Below, piece by piece: positions 49,901-60,469 of a stretch of 64,000 nucleotides of DNA (its first letter is position 1; each line of letters opens with the position of its first letter). This DNA is from Candidatus Cloacimonadales bacterium (GTDB lineage Bacteria > Cloacimonadota > Cloacimonadia > Cloacimonadales > JAFGVF01), in NCBI GenBank assembly GCA_963678315.1, contig OY782781.1:1184001-1248000 (forward strand), in the 5' to 3' direction. A program made the translations under genes and the position numbers. Below the pieces are notes generated by a model. That model did no database searches, was not told where the DNA came from, and saw only the letters and a program-made list of their open reading frames with translations.

Positions 49901-50442
49901 TCAAGTGCCTCCTGCATTAATTAACCTTTTTATGCAGGTGGGGCAAGGGCAAGAAGGCAGTAAAGAATTAGGAGTTAGGGGTACTTGGATCACCAGCCTC
50001 CGTGCTGGCTTCACTTAGAAGCTAGTGATAAGTGAATATGTAGAGAGACGAGCGGATGTTCGTCTGTTATGGGTTGCAAGCATCCCTGCTTGCGAAATAT
50101 CATTCATTACGAATGATGTTCATATATGTCCTCTTAAATCATTCAGAAATGATTTAAGATGTGCATTCAGGGATGAATGCACTCCATAAAACCCCCGAAG
50201 GGGTGGTATATACTAGCATGGAGGCTTGCCCTCCATGTTCAATGATATAAAAGTTTTAGTCCCGAAGGGACGTAATATACTAAGCATGGAGGCTTGCCCT
50301 CCATGTAATAGTTAAAAATAAAAAAGCCCTGAAAGGGCGACATAAAGGCTAAGCTTTATCTGCAAACAGAGAAGTTTACCACGAAAAGCACGAATAACAC
50401 GAAAAACAGTCAAATTATTTAGGACTGGACACTCACCAATTG
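49901..50442 (+). repeat. Intergenic hairpin mosaic C (longest, about 14 consecutive hairpins)
   Basis: Core 50183-50431 with a duplicated GAA-hairpin/CATGG unit, preceded by a chain of distinct 20-30 nt palindromes. Confidence 0.9.
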
Positions 50443-50443
50443 C

Positions 50444-52903
50444 TTAATACATATACCTACTAAGTAATCCTATTAATTCTTTTTTCTCAATTGGTTTAGT
50501 TATAAAATCATCACAACCCGCTTCATATAACTTACTACGCTCATTATCAGAACTAAAAGCAGTCTGTGCAATAATTGGTACTTTAGTGTTAAATCCTCTA
50601 ATCTTTTCAGTAGCTTGGAATCCATTCATGACAGGCATTTGGATATCCATTAGTATCAAATCGAAATTTTGTTCTTTAGATTTATTTACTGCTTCTAGTC
50701 CATTATTTGCAAATTCAAGGTTAACATCAATACCTCTGAAGATTGCTTTAAAGAATTTAATGATATGGACAGTATCGTCAACGATTAGTATAGTCTTTCC
50801 TTTCCACAGTTTATTAGCTTCATCCATTGAAGTGATTTTATAGCGAGTAGATTTAGCTTGATCAATCTCAGAAAGCTCAACGACCTTTACCTGTCCTGGA
50901 ATCTGGAACATGAAAGAGGTACCTTTGCCAAAATCAGAATCTACAACTATTTTACCACCAAGACGGGCTACAATGTTTGAACTGATAGTTAAACCAACCC
51001 CGATACCACCGTATTGACGAGTGTAAGAACCATTAGCTTGTTTAAACATATCGAAGATAACAGCTTTTTGTTCTTTTTCAATACCTATTCCAGTATCTAT
51101 GATATAAAATAATATTTGATTCAGGGAAGTAACTTGAAAACCAATTTCAATTGACCCTTCATGAGTGAATTTAACAGCATTACTGATTAAACTTTGCAAG
51201 ACTTGAGTTAAGTTGTTTTCATCAGAATCGAAGAAGATATTAGTATCTCTTGGAATATTAACCTTAAACTCAATGTTTTTCAACTTGCTATCATGCTCAG
51301 CAAGTGTACTTTCTGCAATGTTATTAAAAAGGTCGGTGAGAGAGAACATATTTTTTACAATAGCAATATTATCACCTTCAATCTTAGAAGCAGTTATAAC
51401 ATTGTCCATCTGTCTTTTTAATCGTTTAGCACCTTCATAGATCATTCTAATCTTATCATCTCTATCTTGAACAGAAATGCTTTTGTCATCATTGAGTAGT
51501 TGTGCAAATCCATAAACTGCATTAAGTGGTGTTCTTAATTCATGTGATACATTAGCTAGAAACTCAGATTTTAATGTTTCTGCAGACTTTTGAGCTTTGA
51601 CAGCCTCTTCAAGCTTTTTTTCTTTCTCGAATTGTTGAGTCACATCACGATTAACGCAGAGAATTGCATCAACTTTATTGTTGAAAAGTATTGGTATCTT
51701 ATTATGTTCTAACTTAATAAGCTCATTTGTAAGTGATTTAAACTCTACAATACCAGGGGAATATGGCTGAACAGAGTCTTTAACTACAGAATCAGTTATA
51801 TTGTATCTATCAGCTTGATCTTTGGGGAATATTTCTTGGTCAGTCAAGCCTATAGCTGAACTTCTCGAAACTCCACTGATTCTTTCAAATTCTTTGTTCC
51901 AGATTTCATAAACTCCGTTTTTTCCATTTTTTACAGTAATACCAATAGGGATATTTTCAATTAACTTCTCAAGAAAACTATTGTGACGACCATGCTCCAG
52001 CTCAAGAATCTTGTGATCTGTAATATCAATCATAAAACCTTGAATTCTATTGCCACAACGTCTATAATTACATGATACCCAAAACTCAGATTTACCATTG
52101 TTTATTGTCTTAACATCGTGATTATAGCTAATTTTTTCCTCAGAGTTCTGAATACTCTTATAAAAGTCAGGATTATCTTCAATACTAATTAAATCAGTAA
52201 CTTTCTTAGTGTACAAAATATGTTCAGAGGGCATATTGAAGAAATGGAAAGCATCTCTTGTTAGAAAACTAAATTTATAGCTATCCATATCAAAAACAAA
52301 GCAAAAAGACATTGGGCGTAAATTAAATTTATCAAGATTATATTGATTATCTAATTGTGCTTTATAAATAGTTTTTATACTATAAGAAATTACAGCAGAG
52401 ACCTTTTTAGCAATTTCAAAATGGGTATTATTCCAATCTATGGTCTTAGATGAGTTGGTAAAACCAAACAAACCACCGAAAGCACCTTCTATATAAATTG
52501 GTTTTACAAGTAATGATTTAATCTTGAATTTCTTAAAACTGTCGATTTCATTGACTGCTTCTTTAGGTATTTCATCAATACAACTAACATAATGTATATT
52601 ATCATTAGAAATTCTTTGTAATAACCAACTTAAGTTAGCAATATTAAAAGAATTGTTAAAATCTGGAAGAGATTCATTAATGCGATTGTTCCAAACTAAT
52701 GAAAAGTTGCACATAGCATGATTATCAAAGAATCTACAAAAACATCTATCAATGTCTAATTCCTCAGTAATCTCCTTAAATATCAGTTGCAATCTTTCTT
52801 TAAAAATATCAATATTGTTCTCAAAATCAGTAACTGCAAAATCTAATAACTTCTGGTCTATTGACATTTGTGAATCCCTTAAAACTATTTTATCCAAAAA
52901 CAC
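50444..52903 (-). CDS. Cytoplasmic hybrid histidine kinase (GAF-PAS-HisKA-HATPase-REC)
   Basis: EFLANVSHELRTPLN, NAVKFT, DTGIGI, GGIGVGL, LILMDIQMP, KP. No TM segments. Alternative ATG at 52867. Confidence 0.9.
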   Translation of the reverse strand: MFLDKIVLRDSQMSIDQKLLDFAVTDFENNIDIFKERLQLIFKEITEELDIDRCFCRFFDNHAMCNFSLVWNNRINESLPDFNNSFNIANLSWLLQRISNDNIHYVSCIDEIPKEAVNEIDSFKKFKIKSLLVKPIYIEGAFGGLFGFTNSSKTIDWNNTHFEIAKKVSAVISYSIKTIYKAQLDNQYNLDKFNLRPMSFCFVFDMDSYKFSFLTRDAFHFFNMPSEHILYTKKVTDLISIEDNPDFYKSIQNSEEKISYNHDVKTINNGKSEFWVSCNYRRCGNRIQGFMIDITDHKILELEHGRHNSFLEKLIENIPIGITVKNGKNGVYEIWNKEFERISGVSRSSAIGLTDQEIFPKDQADRYNITDSVVKDSVQPYSPGIVEFKSLTNELIKLEHNKIPILFNNKVDAILCVNRDVTQQFEKEKKLEEAVKAQKSAETLKSEFLANVSHELRTPLNAVYGFAQLLNDDKSISVQDRDDKIRMIYEGAKRLKRQMDNVITASKIEGDNIAIVKNMFSLTDLFNNIAESTLAEHDSKLKNIEFKVNIPRDTNIFFDSDENNLTQVLQSLISNAVKFTHEGSIEIGFQVTSLNQILFYIIDTGIGIEKEQKAVIFDMFKQANGSYTRQYGGIGVGLTISSNIVARLGGKIVVDSDFGKGTSFMFQIPGQVKVVELSEIDQAKSTRYKITSMDEANKLWKGKTILIVDDTVHIIKFFKAIFRGIDVNLEFANNGLEAVNKSKEQNFDLILMDIQMPVMNGFQATEKIRGFNTKVPIIAQTAFSSDNERSKLYEAGCDDFITKPIEKKELIGLLSRYMY

Positions 52904-53099
52904 AAAAATTATTTAACTCTGGCAAGTAAAAATATATGAAAACCTTTGATAACACAATAAATGATGTTTTAACAGTGTGTATATTACACTGTTAATAAAT
53001 ATTTTACTGATAACGTCTGTTCACACGCATTTTATAAAAAATATTATAACTAAAAGAACAAAATGTTGGTTTTTGTTCAAAACTATTGGGTCAAAAATG

Positions 53100-53130
53100 A
53101 AAAAGAGAGTGATGATAATCAACACTCTCA
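53100..53130 (-). terminator. Terminator after sppA
   Basis: GAGAGTG...CACTCTC with an A-run. Confidence 0.6.
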
Positions 53131-53157
53131 TAGTTATTATTTTAGATTTTACTTAGT

Positions 53158-55596
53158 TTATTTAGTTTCTTCTGTGAAATCGTAAGGTGTTTTATAAAGA
53201 ATAGTCTCTTCTGATAATTCAGATACTTGTTTCTCGAGGCTTATCAATTTCTTCAATATAGGGTTTGAGAAAACTGAGAATAGAGGAGAGCTAGAACTAT
53301 CAAGTTCAACCTCAAACATACTATTGTTTTTAACACCCATTTCTATCAAGTTCATTTCATTGTTAGTGCCAAGCATGTTTTTCATATCAGCAATAGCTAC
53401 TTCAAATCCTCCTAGTTTATCAACTAGACCGTTTTTAAGTGCTTGCTTGCCTGTCCATACTTGTCCCATAGCTATTTTATTAGTTTCTTCATAGCTCATA
53501 TCTCTGGAATTAGCAACAGTTGATACAAATCTTTTATATGATGAATGGATAAAGTTTTTGAACATTTCTTTTTCTGCAGGAGTCATTTCTCTTGTTACAG
53601 AACCGAAAGTTGCATTATCTCCAAACTTAAATTCTGACCAATTAACACCTACTTTACGTGATACTCTAGCGAAGTTAGGCATCATACCAATAACCCCAAT
53701 TGAACCGGTTATTGTTGTAGGTTCAGCTATAATCTCATCAGCATGAGTAGAAATATAATAGCCACCAGAAGCTGCAACACCAGACATCAATGCAATAATA
53801 GGTTTCTTGTTAGGTCCCTCAGTGCATAATCTAACTTCTTCTGCTATGATATGAGAAGCTAGGGCAGATCCACCACCAGAATCCACTCTTAAGATGATAC
53901 CATCTATCATTGGGTTATTTCTAGCATCTCTAATTGCTTTTGCAGTAGTTTCTGAACCAATAGATTTACCAGGCTGACCTTTACCAGAGATAATGTTACC
54001 AGAAGCGTAGATGACAGCAATATTGCTTTGACCAGCTTTGTGCCAGTTAGTTTCAACATATTCACCCATAGATTTAGTTTTTGTAGAAATATCAAAATTC
54101 TTAACAAGAACATCATTGAGTTCATGCCATTCTACTAATTGGTCAACTAGACCGTTATCAAGAGCATCTTGAGGATCGAAGTAAGGTCCATTGTTGATGA
54201 TAGTTTTAACGTCAGCAGAAAGCTTATGAGCTCTACCATCATGGATCATTTTAACCATTTCTTCATAAATGTCACCATAGAGTCTTTCTAATACAAGTCT
54301 TTCTTGCTCTGTCATTTCTGATTCAGAGAACATGTTTCCAGCTGTTTTATAAGGATGGCTTCTAAAATTATAGAAGTCAACACCAAGCTTATCTAACAAG
54401 TCTTTTACATAAGGTTGAGCTCCACCTAAACCGCTAAGAGAAACCATTCCCTCTGGGTTTAAATAGATTGCATCAGCAATATTAGCAGCAAATGCGTAGT
54501 TAGCATTAGATATGTTTTCATAATAGAAAACTAGATATTTACCTGCGTTTTTAAATTCATGAAGCGCTGTAAGTAGTTCTTGTCTTTTAGCAAATGAAGC
54601 TCCGAAATTGTTGTTAGTGAATATAATTCCACCAATTTCTTTGTCATTAGTAGCTTGTTTAATTTTGTCTAAAAGAGGTAGCATTCTTGTGTTCTTATCT
54701 AATTTGATAGTGATAGGACCAATATTCATTTTAGAGTTTTCATCTACAATTGCTGAACCAATACCTAGGTCGAGGAATTTCTTTGTAGTAAATAAGTTAT
54801 GTTTAGAAAAAAGCTTCTCATTGATAGTTACATAAGCATAGCCACCATCTTCAATCTCTTCATTTCTTTCACTGGATTCATCATCATAGATATTGAAGAA
54901 TCCACCAGTAGATAACTTGAAATTGGTTAAAGAGAAGTTAAGGCCTATTTCTTCTAACTCAGTATTATATGTACCACCAATAGATAGGGCATTCATTAGA
55001 TTGAATTTTAGACCTACTGTAGGCATTTCGAATCCACGTTCCTGATCTTCTGTCTCGTTACCCATCCCTGCATCTACTGATAGTTCGATTCCATCAGCGA
55101 AAGATCCAGAAGTAATAGGTCTTAAGGCTAAACCAAGTCTATGCTGAGGTTTTAAATCGTTAGGGTGTTCAAGAACATAACCTAAAGATAAGAAGTTGGC
55201 AGGACGGTACAACATTGAAGTCTTTAAATTTCCTTCTTTAAATGATCCAGAACGCCAGTTCCAGGCATAACCGAGGTAGAGGTTTCTAAGGACTGAACTT
55301 TGTCCAAAGTTATTACCTGATGCAAAGGTCTGATATGTACCTTCTTCTACATCTTCAAAAATGTATTCAAAACCGTGTTGCTTGTAGAATATTGCATAAT
55401 CATCTTCAAAGTCATTTTTAGTATATTTTTGCATATATGTTAATGAGAAGTTGTCATTAAAAGCTAATGCTGCAGGATTAACTAATCCAGATAAAAAGTT
55501 ATCTGTTGTTGCTACAGATTGATTACTAAAGTCAGCTGATGTTGCTGAAATTAAAGTTACTAAGCATAAAAATGCTAATAAAATAGTTTTTTTCAT
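53158..55596 (-). CDS. sppA: Signal peptide peptidase SppA (S49) with a long N-terminal extension
   Basis: YKTAGN, LRVDSGGGSALAS, AASGGYYIS, TITGSIGV, GQVWTG.QA...GLVD.LGG. Confidence 0.9.
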   Translation of the reverse strand: MKKTILLAFLCLVTLISATSADFSNQSVATTDNFLSGLVNPAALAFNDNFSLTYMQKYTKNDFEDDYAIFYKQHGFEYIFEDVEEGTYQTFASGNNFGQSSVLRNLYLGYAWNWRSGSFKEGNLKTSMLYRPANFLSLGYVLEHPNDLKPQHRLGLALRPITSGSFADGIELSVDAGMGNETEDQERGFEMPTVGLKFNLMNALSIGGTYNTELEEIGLNFSLTNFKLSTGGFFNIYDDESSERNEEIEDGGYAYVTINEKLFSKHNLFTTKKFLDLGIGSAIVDENSKMNIGPITIKLDKNTRMLPLLDKIKQATNDKEIGGIIFTNNNFGASFAKRQELLTALHEFKNAGKYLVFYYENISNANYAFAANIADAIYLNPEGMVSLSGLGGAQPYVKDLLDKLGVDFYNFRSHPYKTAGNMFSESEMTEQERLVLERLYGDIYEEMVKMIHDGRAHKLSADVKTIINNGPYFDPQDALDNGLVDQLVEWHELNDVLVKNFDISTKTKSMGEYVETNWHKAGQSNIAVIYASGNIISGKGQPGKSIGSETTAKAIRDARNNPMIDGIILRVDSGGGSALASHIIAEEVRLCTEGPNKKPIIALMSGVAASGGYYISTHADEIIAEPTTITGSIGVIGMMPNFARVSRKVGVNWSEFKFGDNATFGSVTREMTPAEKEMFKNFIHSSYKRFVSTVANSRDMSYEETNKIAMGQVWTGKQALKNGLVDKLGGFEVAIADMKNMLGTNNEMNLIEMGVKNNSMFEVELDSSSSPLFSVFSNPILKKLISLEKQVSELSEETILYKTPYDFTEETK

Positions 55597-55604
55597 CTTA
55601 TCTC

Positions 55605-56459
55605 CTATTGTTTTATTTTTATAATCTCACTATCTTGGAAAGTACAACCTTCCATATCTTTCGCTAATCTAATTAAGGCCTCAAAACTAAATACAGGACT
55701 TGATATTAATTTTACTATATTGTCAGAATCATCAAGCATCTTATCAAACTCGAAACTAAACAAATCAATTTTATTACCTGAATAGTCGATGTTAGATTCT
55801 TTTATATTATTTTCGAATTCAAGAGATACATAAAATTTCATACCTTCTGCAAATACTTTCATGAATTGTAACTGGTCATTAACTTGATCTTGATTATCAG
55901 ATATACCTTTTTGGATATCTTCCATTGCTTTTTTCTGCTCTTTATTCCTATTCTCATAAGCTTTTTGGGAGAGTTTTAGTAATCTTGCGAAATCATTAAC
56001 AATGATAATCTCATTTGAACCTTCAGAATCTAATTTACTAAAGGAAAAACCGAGCTGATTATGTTTATTAGAATCAACAACACCCTCATCACTTTGAATT
56101 TTAAGGTTATTTATTGCATGGTTAAAAGTATCACTATTGATTTTTACATTTGATATATCATTGAATTTATAGACAGTTCTATATCCACGTTGTTTGTCAT
56201 AGTTAAGCTTCTCGGATGATTTAACAACAACACTATCTCCAAAGTTTCTACTTCTTGAAAGCAGTTCTTCTTCTGCATTGTTAATCAAATCGTTGTTTGG
56301 AAAGGATAAATTAATAAGATTGAATGCTTGTTTTTTTATTAAGAATTCTTCAACAATCTCTCCAGAACCATTTTCATTTACTTTTACTGTGATACCATAT
56401 TCAATACAACCAGTTAGTAAAATTGTTGCTAGTGACAATAATAAGATTAGCTTTTTCAT
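55605..56459 (-). CDS. Lipoprotein of unknown function
   Basis: Lipobox LTGC, VKVNENGSG. Confidence 0.75.
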   Translation of the reverse strand: MKKLILLLSLATILLTGCIEYGITVKVNENGSGEIVEEFLIKKQAFNLINLSFPNNDLINNAEEELLSRSRNFGDSVVVKSSEKLNYDKQRGYRTVYKFNDISNVKINSDTFNHAINNLKIQSDEGVVDSNKHNQLGFSFSKLDSEGSNEIIIVNDFARLLKLSQKAYENRNKEQKKAMEDIQKGISDNQDQVNDQLQFMKVFAEGMKFYVSLEFENNIKESNIDYSGNKIDLFSFEFDKMLDDSDNIVKLISSPVFSFEALIRLAKDMEGCTFQDSEIIKIKQ

Positions 56460-56471
56460 AATAACTCCTAA

Positions 56472-57350
56472 CTAGTCTATGCGTCTTATTTTATGGAAAT
56501 ATGTAGCTGCTGCTAACAAGCCAAAAGAAGCAACAAATAGGATAAAACCATCAAAGCTAAAAAGGTTAGCAACTAGATTGTTGCTGACTGCTATTACACC
56601 ACTATCAATGCTTGTTTGAGATAAGAAAGTTCTAGCTAGTTCTTCACTATCAATCAACTTTGCACCGGTGAAAGAAGGATTTATCAGCCATCTACTAAAG
56701 TACTCAGATAATGTTTCTATTTTCACATCACTTATTAAATCAATAATCTTTAAGAAAATATTCAATCCAATTATTGTTCCAAAGAACTTAATAAATACTT
56801 TCTTCTTAATAATTGCTGATAGAAGCATATAAAGTGAACTTGTAACAACTAAAAATGGTAATGTGAATATTGAAATTCCAATTGTTAAATGAATTAAGGA
56901 CCAAAGAGAAATTTCTGATTCATTACCTAAGAAAGCATTAGCTATTAGAATATTGATTATTGATAGCAAGATACTACTTACCCATGGAATCATGGTTGAA
57001 ACTAAGAACTTAGATGAAACTAGTTTCCAAGATGGTATTGGTAAGCATCTATAAAAAACCTCACACTTATGTCTTATTCCATCATTTAACGATGTCGGAG
57101 ACATAATCACTATTGCCAATGATACTAGCATTCCATAGAGCCACAGGTTGCTTAGAAATACTGCAACTAGTCCAAATAGAGGAATATTAATATTTTCAAA
57201 GTTAAATTCATTGCTGTTTAGGTTAATACCCCATTTCATATCTACAAACACAATTACTGCATAAAGGAATATTGTAACGATTAAAGGGAGTATTAATGTC
57301 CATTTACTTAATCTTACATCTCTAACTAATAGACTTTTAAATTGTTTCAT
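56472..57350 (-). CDS. ABC-2 type permease
   Basis: About 6 TM segments, FYRCLPI...LV.SKF. Start follows GGAG. Confidence 0.8.
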   Translation of the reverse strand: MKQFKSLLVRDVRLSKWTLILPLIVTIFLYAVIVFVDMKWGINLNSNEFNFENINIPLFGLVAVFLSNLWLYGMLVSLAIVIMSPTSLNDGIRHKCEVFYRCLPIPSWKLVSSKFLVSTMIPWVSSILLSIINILIANAFLGNESEISLWSLIHLTIGISIFTLPFLVVTSSLYMLLSAIIKKKVFIKFFGTIIGLNIFLKIIDLISDVKIETLSEYFSRWLINPSFTGAKLIDSEELARTFLSQTSIDSGVIAVSNNLVANLFSFDGFILFVASFGLLAAATYFHKIRRID

Positions 57351-58188
57351 TTTTGTTCTCCAATCTGTATAAGAATATCTGTGCAAGATTAGGAATTGAT
57401 TCCTTGAATCCTTCTAGTTTGCTATTTCTTGGAACAACTACTTCTAAGGCACTTAATCCTTCTGTAACTATCTTATGTGGAAGTCCATTTAATTGATCTC
57501 TTTCTGAAGCATCTATTGTGATTAACTTATAGTATGTTAGAATATTATCTATAGAATCTTCTAGGATTACTTTCCCTTCATCTATTATGATTAAGTCATG
57601 AAGAATATGTTCAACTTCTTCAATCTGGTGAGTTGATACTAAAATTGTTCTCTCTTCATTATAGAAAGAACTTAGTATGGTATTGTAGAATTCGTTTCTG
57701 GCTAAGATATCTAAACCTAAAGTTGGTTCATCTAATATAAGAAAACTTACATCTAAAGATAATACTAATATTAAATACAGTTTTGTTTTCATTCCTTTAG
57801 ATAATTTACCTATCTTTCTGTTCAGAGGAAGTGTGCTTTGAGAAAAAAGATGTTGAAATCTTTCCTCATTCCACTTTGGGTGTACTCCTCTGAAGAAATC
57901 AATAAAGTGACTTACTTTGAATCTAGCATCTAAACTGTTAATATCTGGTATGAAGGCAGTATCTTCAAATACCTTACTGTCCATAAATTTTACTGGTTTC
58001 CCTGATATCTCAATTTCTCCATTAAACTTAGAAAAACCAATAATACATCTCATAAGTGTTGATTTACCTGCACCATTCTTGCCTAATAAACCAACTATTC
58101 TTCCCTTGTTTATTGTAACACTTGCATTATTTAAAGCCTTTACATGCTTATAATTTTTGGTTACATTTTTTACATCAACTAACTTCAT
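57337..58188 (-). CDS. ABC transporter ATPase (YtrB-like)
   Basis: GKNGAGKST, LSKGM, LDEPTLGLD, STH. Confidence 0.9.
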   Translation of the reverse strand: MKLVDVKNVTKNYKHVKALNNASVTINKGRIVGLLGKNGAGKSTLMRCIIGFSKFNGEIEISGKPVKFMDSKVFEDTAFIPDINSLDARFKVSHFIDFFRGVHPKWNEERFQHLFSQSTLPLNRKIGKLSKGMKTKLYLILVLSLDVSFLILDEPTLGLDILARNEFYNTILSSFYNEERTILVSTHQIEEVEHILHDLIIIDEGKVILEDSIDNILTYYKLITIDASERDQLNGLPHKIVTEGLSALEVVVPRNSKLEGFKESIPNLAQIFLYRLENKNETI

Positions 58189-58559
58189 TTATCCCCCTTG
58201 AAGTAACGTTGTTTTATTTCTTCAATTATAATTTCTAAATCTATATCAATTATTTTGGCTTTAGCTACGAAATCGGTTAAAACATTATTTAAGAATTTTT
58301 TCTTTTTTTCCTCTAATAACTTCTTCCTGGCACCATTGTTAACAAAAAAACCTCTTCCTCTCTTCTTATAGATAATTGCAGAAGATTCTAACTCAGTGTA
58401 AGCATTACTTATAGTATTTGGATTCACCTTATACTGAGCAGACAGACCGCGAATGGAAGGGATTTGTTCTTCTTCCTTCAAACGGTTAGCTAAAATAGCT
58501 TCTTCTATCTCTTCTCTAATCTGTAGGTAGATAGGAATGTCATTTTTAAAATTTATCAT
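58185..58559 (-). CDS. GntR family regulator, YtrA subfamily
   Basis: PIYLQI, PSIR.L, VNPNT...AY.ELE, RGRGFFV. Short protein upstream of ABC genes. Confidence 0.9.
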   Translation of the reverse strand: MINFKNDIPIYLQIREEIEEAILANRLKEEEQIPSIRGLSAQYKVNPNTISNAYTELESSAIIYKKRGRGFFVNNGARKKLLEEKKKKFLNNVLTDFVAKAKIIDIDLEIIIEEIKQRYFKGDK

Positions 58560-58573
58560 CATCACCTCTTATG

Positions 58574-58595
58574 GTGTTATAGTTAAGTGGTACAC
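58574..58595. promoter_or_regulatory. YtrA-type operator
   Basis: GTGTACCACTTAACTATAACAC (minus strand), an imperfect palindrome just downstream of TTGACA (58602-58607). Confidence 0.65.
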
Positions 58596-58873
58596 TAAAT
58601 ATGTCAAGCAATATCTTTAAATTGTCCAAAATAGACTCCTTTTAGTTGCAAGATCTACTGAAAAAGTGAAGTATTTTTAGTTTGAAAATACTTTGTAAAT
58701 ACCTGTAGATTAAGACTATTAAAGGTTTTTTAGAATAATAAAGACTTATGATAAAAATTATCTTGACAATAATCTAAAGTGACTTAATATGAATTTGAAT
58801 TGTTATGAATATGTATGTAATTAATAAAAAATAAAAAAAACTTTTATATATTTGTTAGCAAGAGAGGAGAAAT

Positions 58874-59947
58874 ATGAAAAAGATTGTTTTAAGTTTGATG
58901 TTTATGATTATAAGTTTGGGACTGTTTGGAGCTGTGTTAACCATAAATTCTGTTGATTTTTATGGTTCTAGTGGTGTTGGTGATTATCAAATAGCATCTG
59001 GAGAATCATGTGTAATTGTAATTGATTATACTGCTACAGATGTAGTGTTGCCATTCTTACTATATACAGAAATTGATTCAAAATTAGGTGAAGGTGGGAG
59101 TGTTAATTATACATATGTTTCTACAAGTGGTTTTGATAGTAGCATTGGAACTAATGTAGTCGATACATTATCATTCACAATGCCGAGTTTGTCTGGAGAT
59201 GCAATTAGTGATGATAATTTCGAAATATATGTATATCTTGAAGATGGTAATAATAATCCAAGACTAAGAGTTAGTGATCAATCAATAACAGATGTTCAGG
59301 CGTCATACCTTGACAATACCCTCCCAGTAGAACTTTCATCATTTGATGCTGTATTGTTATCTACTAATGATGGTGTTAAACTTGATTGGGTTGTTGAGTC
59401 TGAATCAGGTGTTTCAGGATATTATATCTATAGAAACACTTTGAATGATTTAGAAAGTGCAATTCAAATTCCTGCATTTATACCTTCATTAAATGTAGAA
59501 CAACAACATACTTATTCTTTTACTGATTATGAAATTGAAAATAATACTCAATATTTCTATTGGTTAAAGAGTATAGATTTGAGTAATGAATTTGAATTCT
59601 TCGGTCCTGTATTAGTTACTATTGGTTCTACAAATGGAGATAATGATACTCCTGACTATTTCTACGGTACTGACCTTTATGCAAACTATCCTAACCCATT
59701 TAATCCAACTACAACAATTAGCTATTCTGTTGATAATCCTCAACATGTTAATATCTCTGTTTATAATGTGAAAGGTCAGCTTGTTAAGGTTTTATTGGAC
59801 CAACAAGTAACAGATGCTAAAGTAAAACACTCTGTTAACTGGAATGGAACAGATTCTAACAGAAATAAAGTTTCATCTGGAATCTATTTTACTGTTATGA
59901 AAACTAGAGATGATGTGAAAACTAATAAAATGGTGTTATCTAAATAA
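58874..59947 (+). CDS. Secreted protein with LPVELSSF linker and FlgD/T9SS-like C-terminus
   Basis: Signal peptide, TLPVELSSF, YYWL-type FN3-like module, NYPNPFNP...SGIYF...KMVLSK. Confidence 0.85.
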   Translation: MKKIVLSLMFMIISLGLFGAVLTINSVDFYGSSGVGDYQIASGESCVIVIDYTATDVVLPFLLYTEIDSKLGEGGSVNYTYVSTSGFDSSIGTNVVDTLSFTMPSLSGDAISDDNFEIYVYLEDGNNNPRLRVSDQSITDVQASYLDNTLPVELSSFDAVLLSTNDGVKLDWVVESESGVSGYYIYRNTLNDLESAIQIPAFIPSLNVEQQHTYSFTDYEIENNTQYFYWLKSIDLSNEFEFFGPVLVTIGSTNGDNDTPDYFYGTDLYANYPNPFNPTTTISYSVDNPQHVNISVYNVKGQLVKVLLDQQVTDAKVKHSVNWNGTDSNRNKVSSGIYFTVMKTRDDVKTNKMVLSK

Positions 59948-59972
59948 AACAAAACTTCGTAAAATAAATATT

Positions 59973-59998
59973 GACGCTTTTATAAGCGTCTTTTTTTT
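59973..59998 (+). terminator. Intrinsic terminator
   Basis: GACGCTT-TTAT-AAGCGTC-TTTTTTTT. Confidence 0.8.
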
Positions 59999-60030
59999 AT
60001 ATGTAATTTATTAGATCTAAGGAGAATAGA

Positions 60031-60465
60031 ATGTTAAAAAAAGTAACTGTTGAAACAAGTTTAGCTGGCAACATGGTAATTAATGTAAAAACAGGCAATC
60101 ACTCAATGCTTATTGACCAACCAAAAGCTGGTGGTGGGGAAGATAAAGGTCCAACACCATTACAATATTTCTTAACAGCTCTTGCAGGTTGTATTGGTAG
60201 TATTTCACTTATTATTGCAAAACAAAGAAGAATAAATCTTACTAAATGTGACGTAAAGGTTGAAGGTGAATTAGATACTGATGTTTTAATGGGTAAATCT
60301 AATGATTCAAGAGCAGGATTCCAATGGATGAAGGTTTATGTTGACCTTGATGCGGAAGGTATGACAGCTGAAGATAGAAAAGTATTTATTCATGAAGTTG
60401 ATGAAAGATGCCCTATTTCTGACAATATTGCTAATACATCTAAAATTGAATTTATCGTCGAATAA
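60031..60465 (+). CDS. OsmC/Ohr-like family protein
   Basis: DQP..GGG.D.GPTP, LAGC, RCPISD. Confidence 0.88.
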   Translation: MLKKVTVETSLAGNMVINVKTGNHSMLIDQPKAGGGEDKGPTPLQYFLTALAGCIGSISLIIAKQRRINLTKCDVKVEGELDTDVLMGKSNDSRAGFQWMKVYVDLDAEGMTAEDRKVFIHEVDERCPISDNIANTSKIEFIVE

Positions 60466-60469
60466 ATTT

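Noticed and set aside
6710..58153. Other 60-133 aa track ORFs nested in or antisense to long genes (e.g. 26770, 32246, 46132, 50586)
   Set aside because: They lie within or almost wholly overlap well-supported CDSs and show no motifs.
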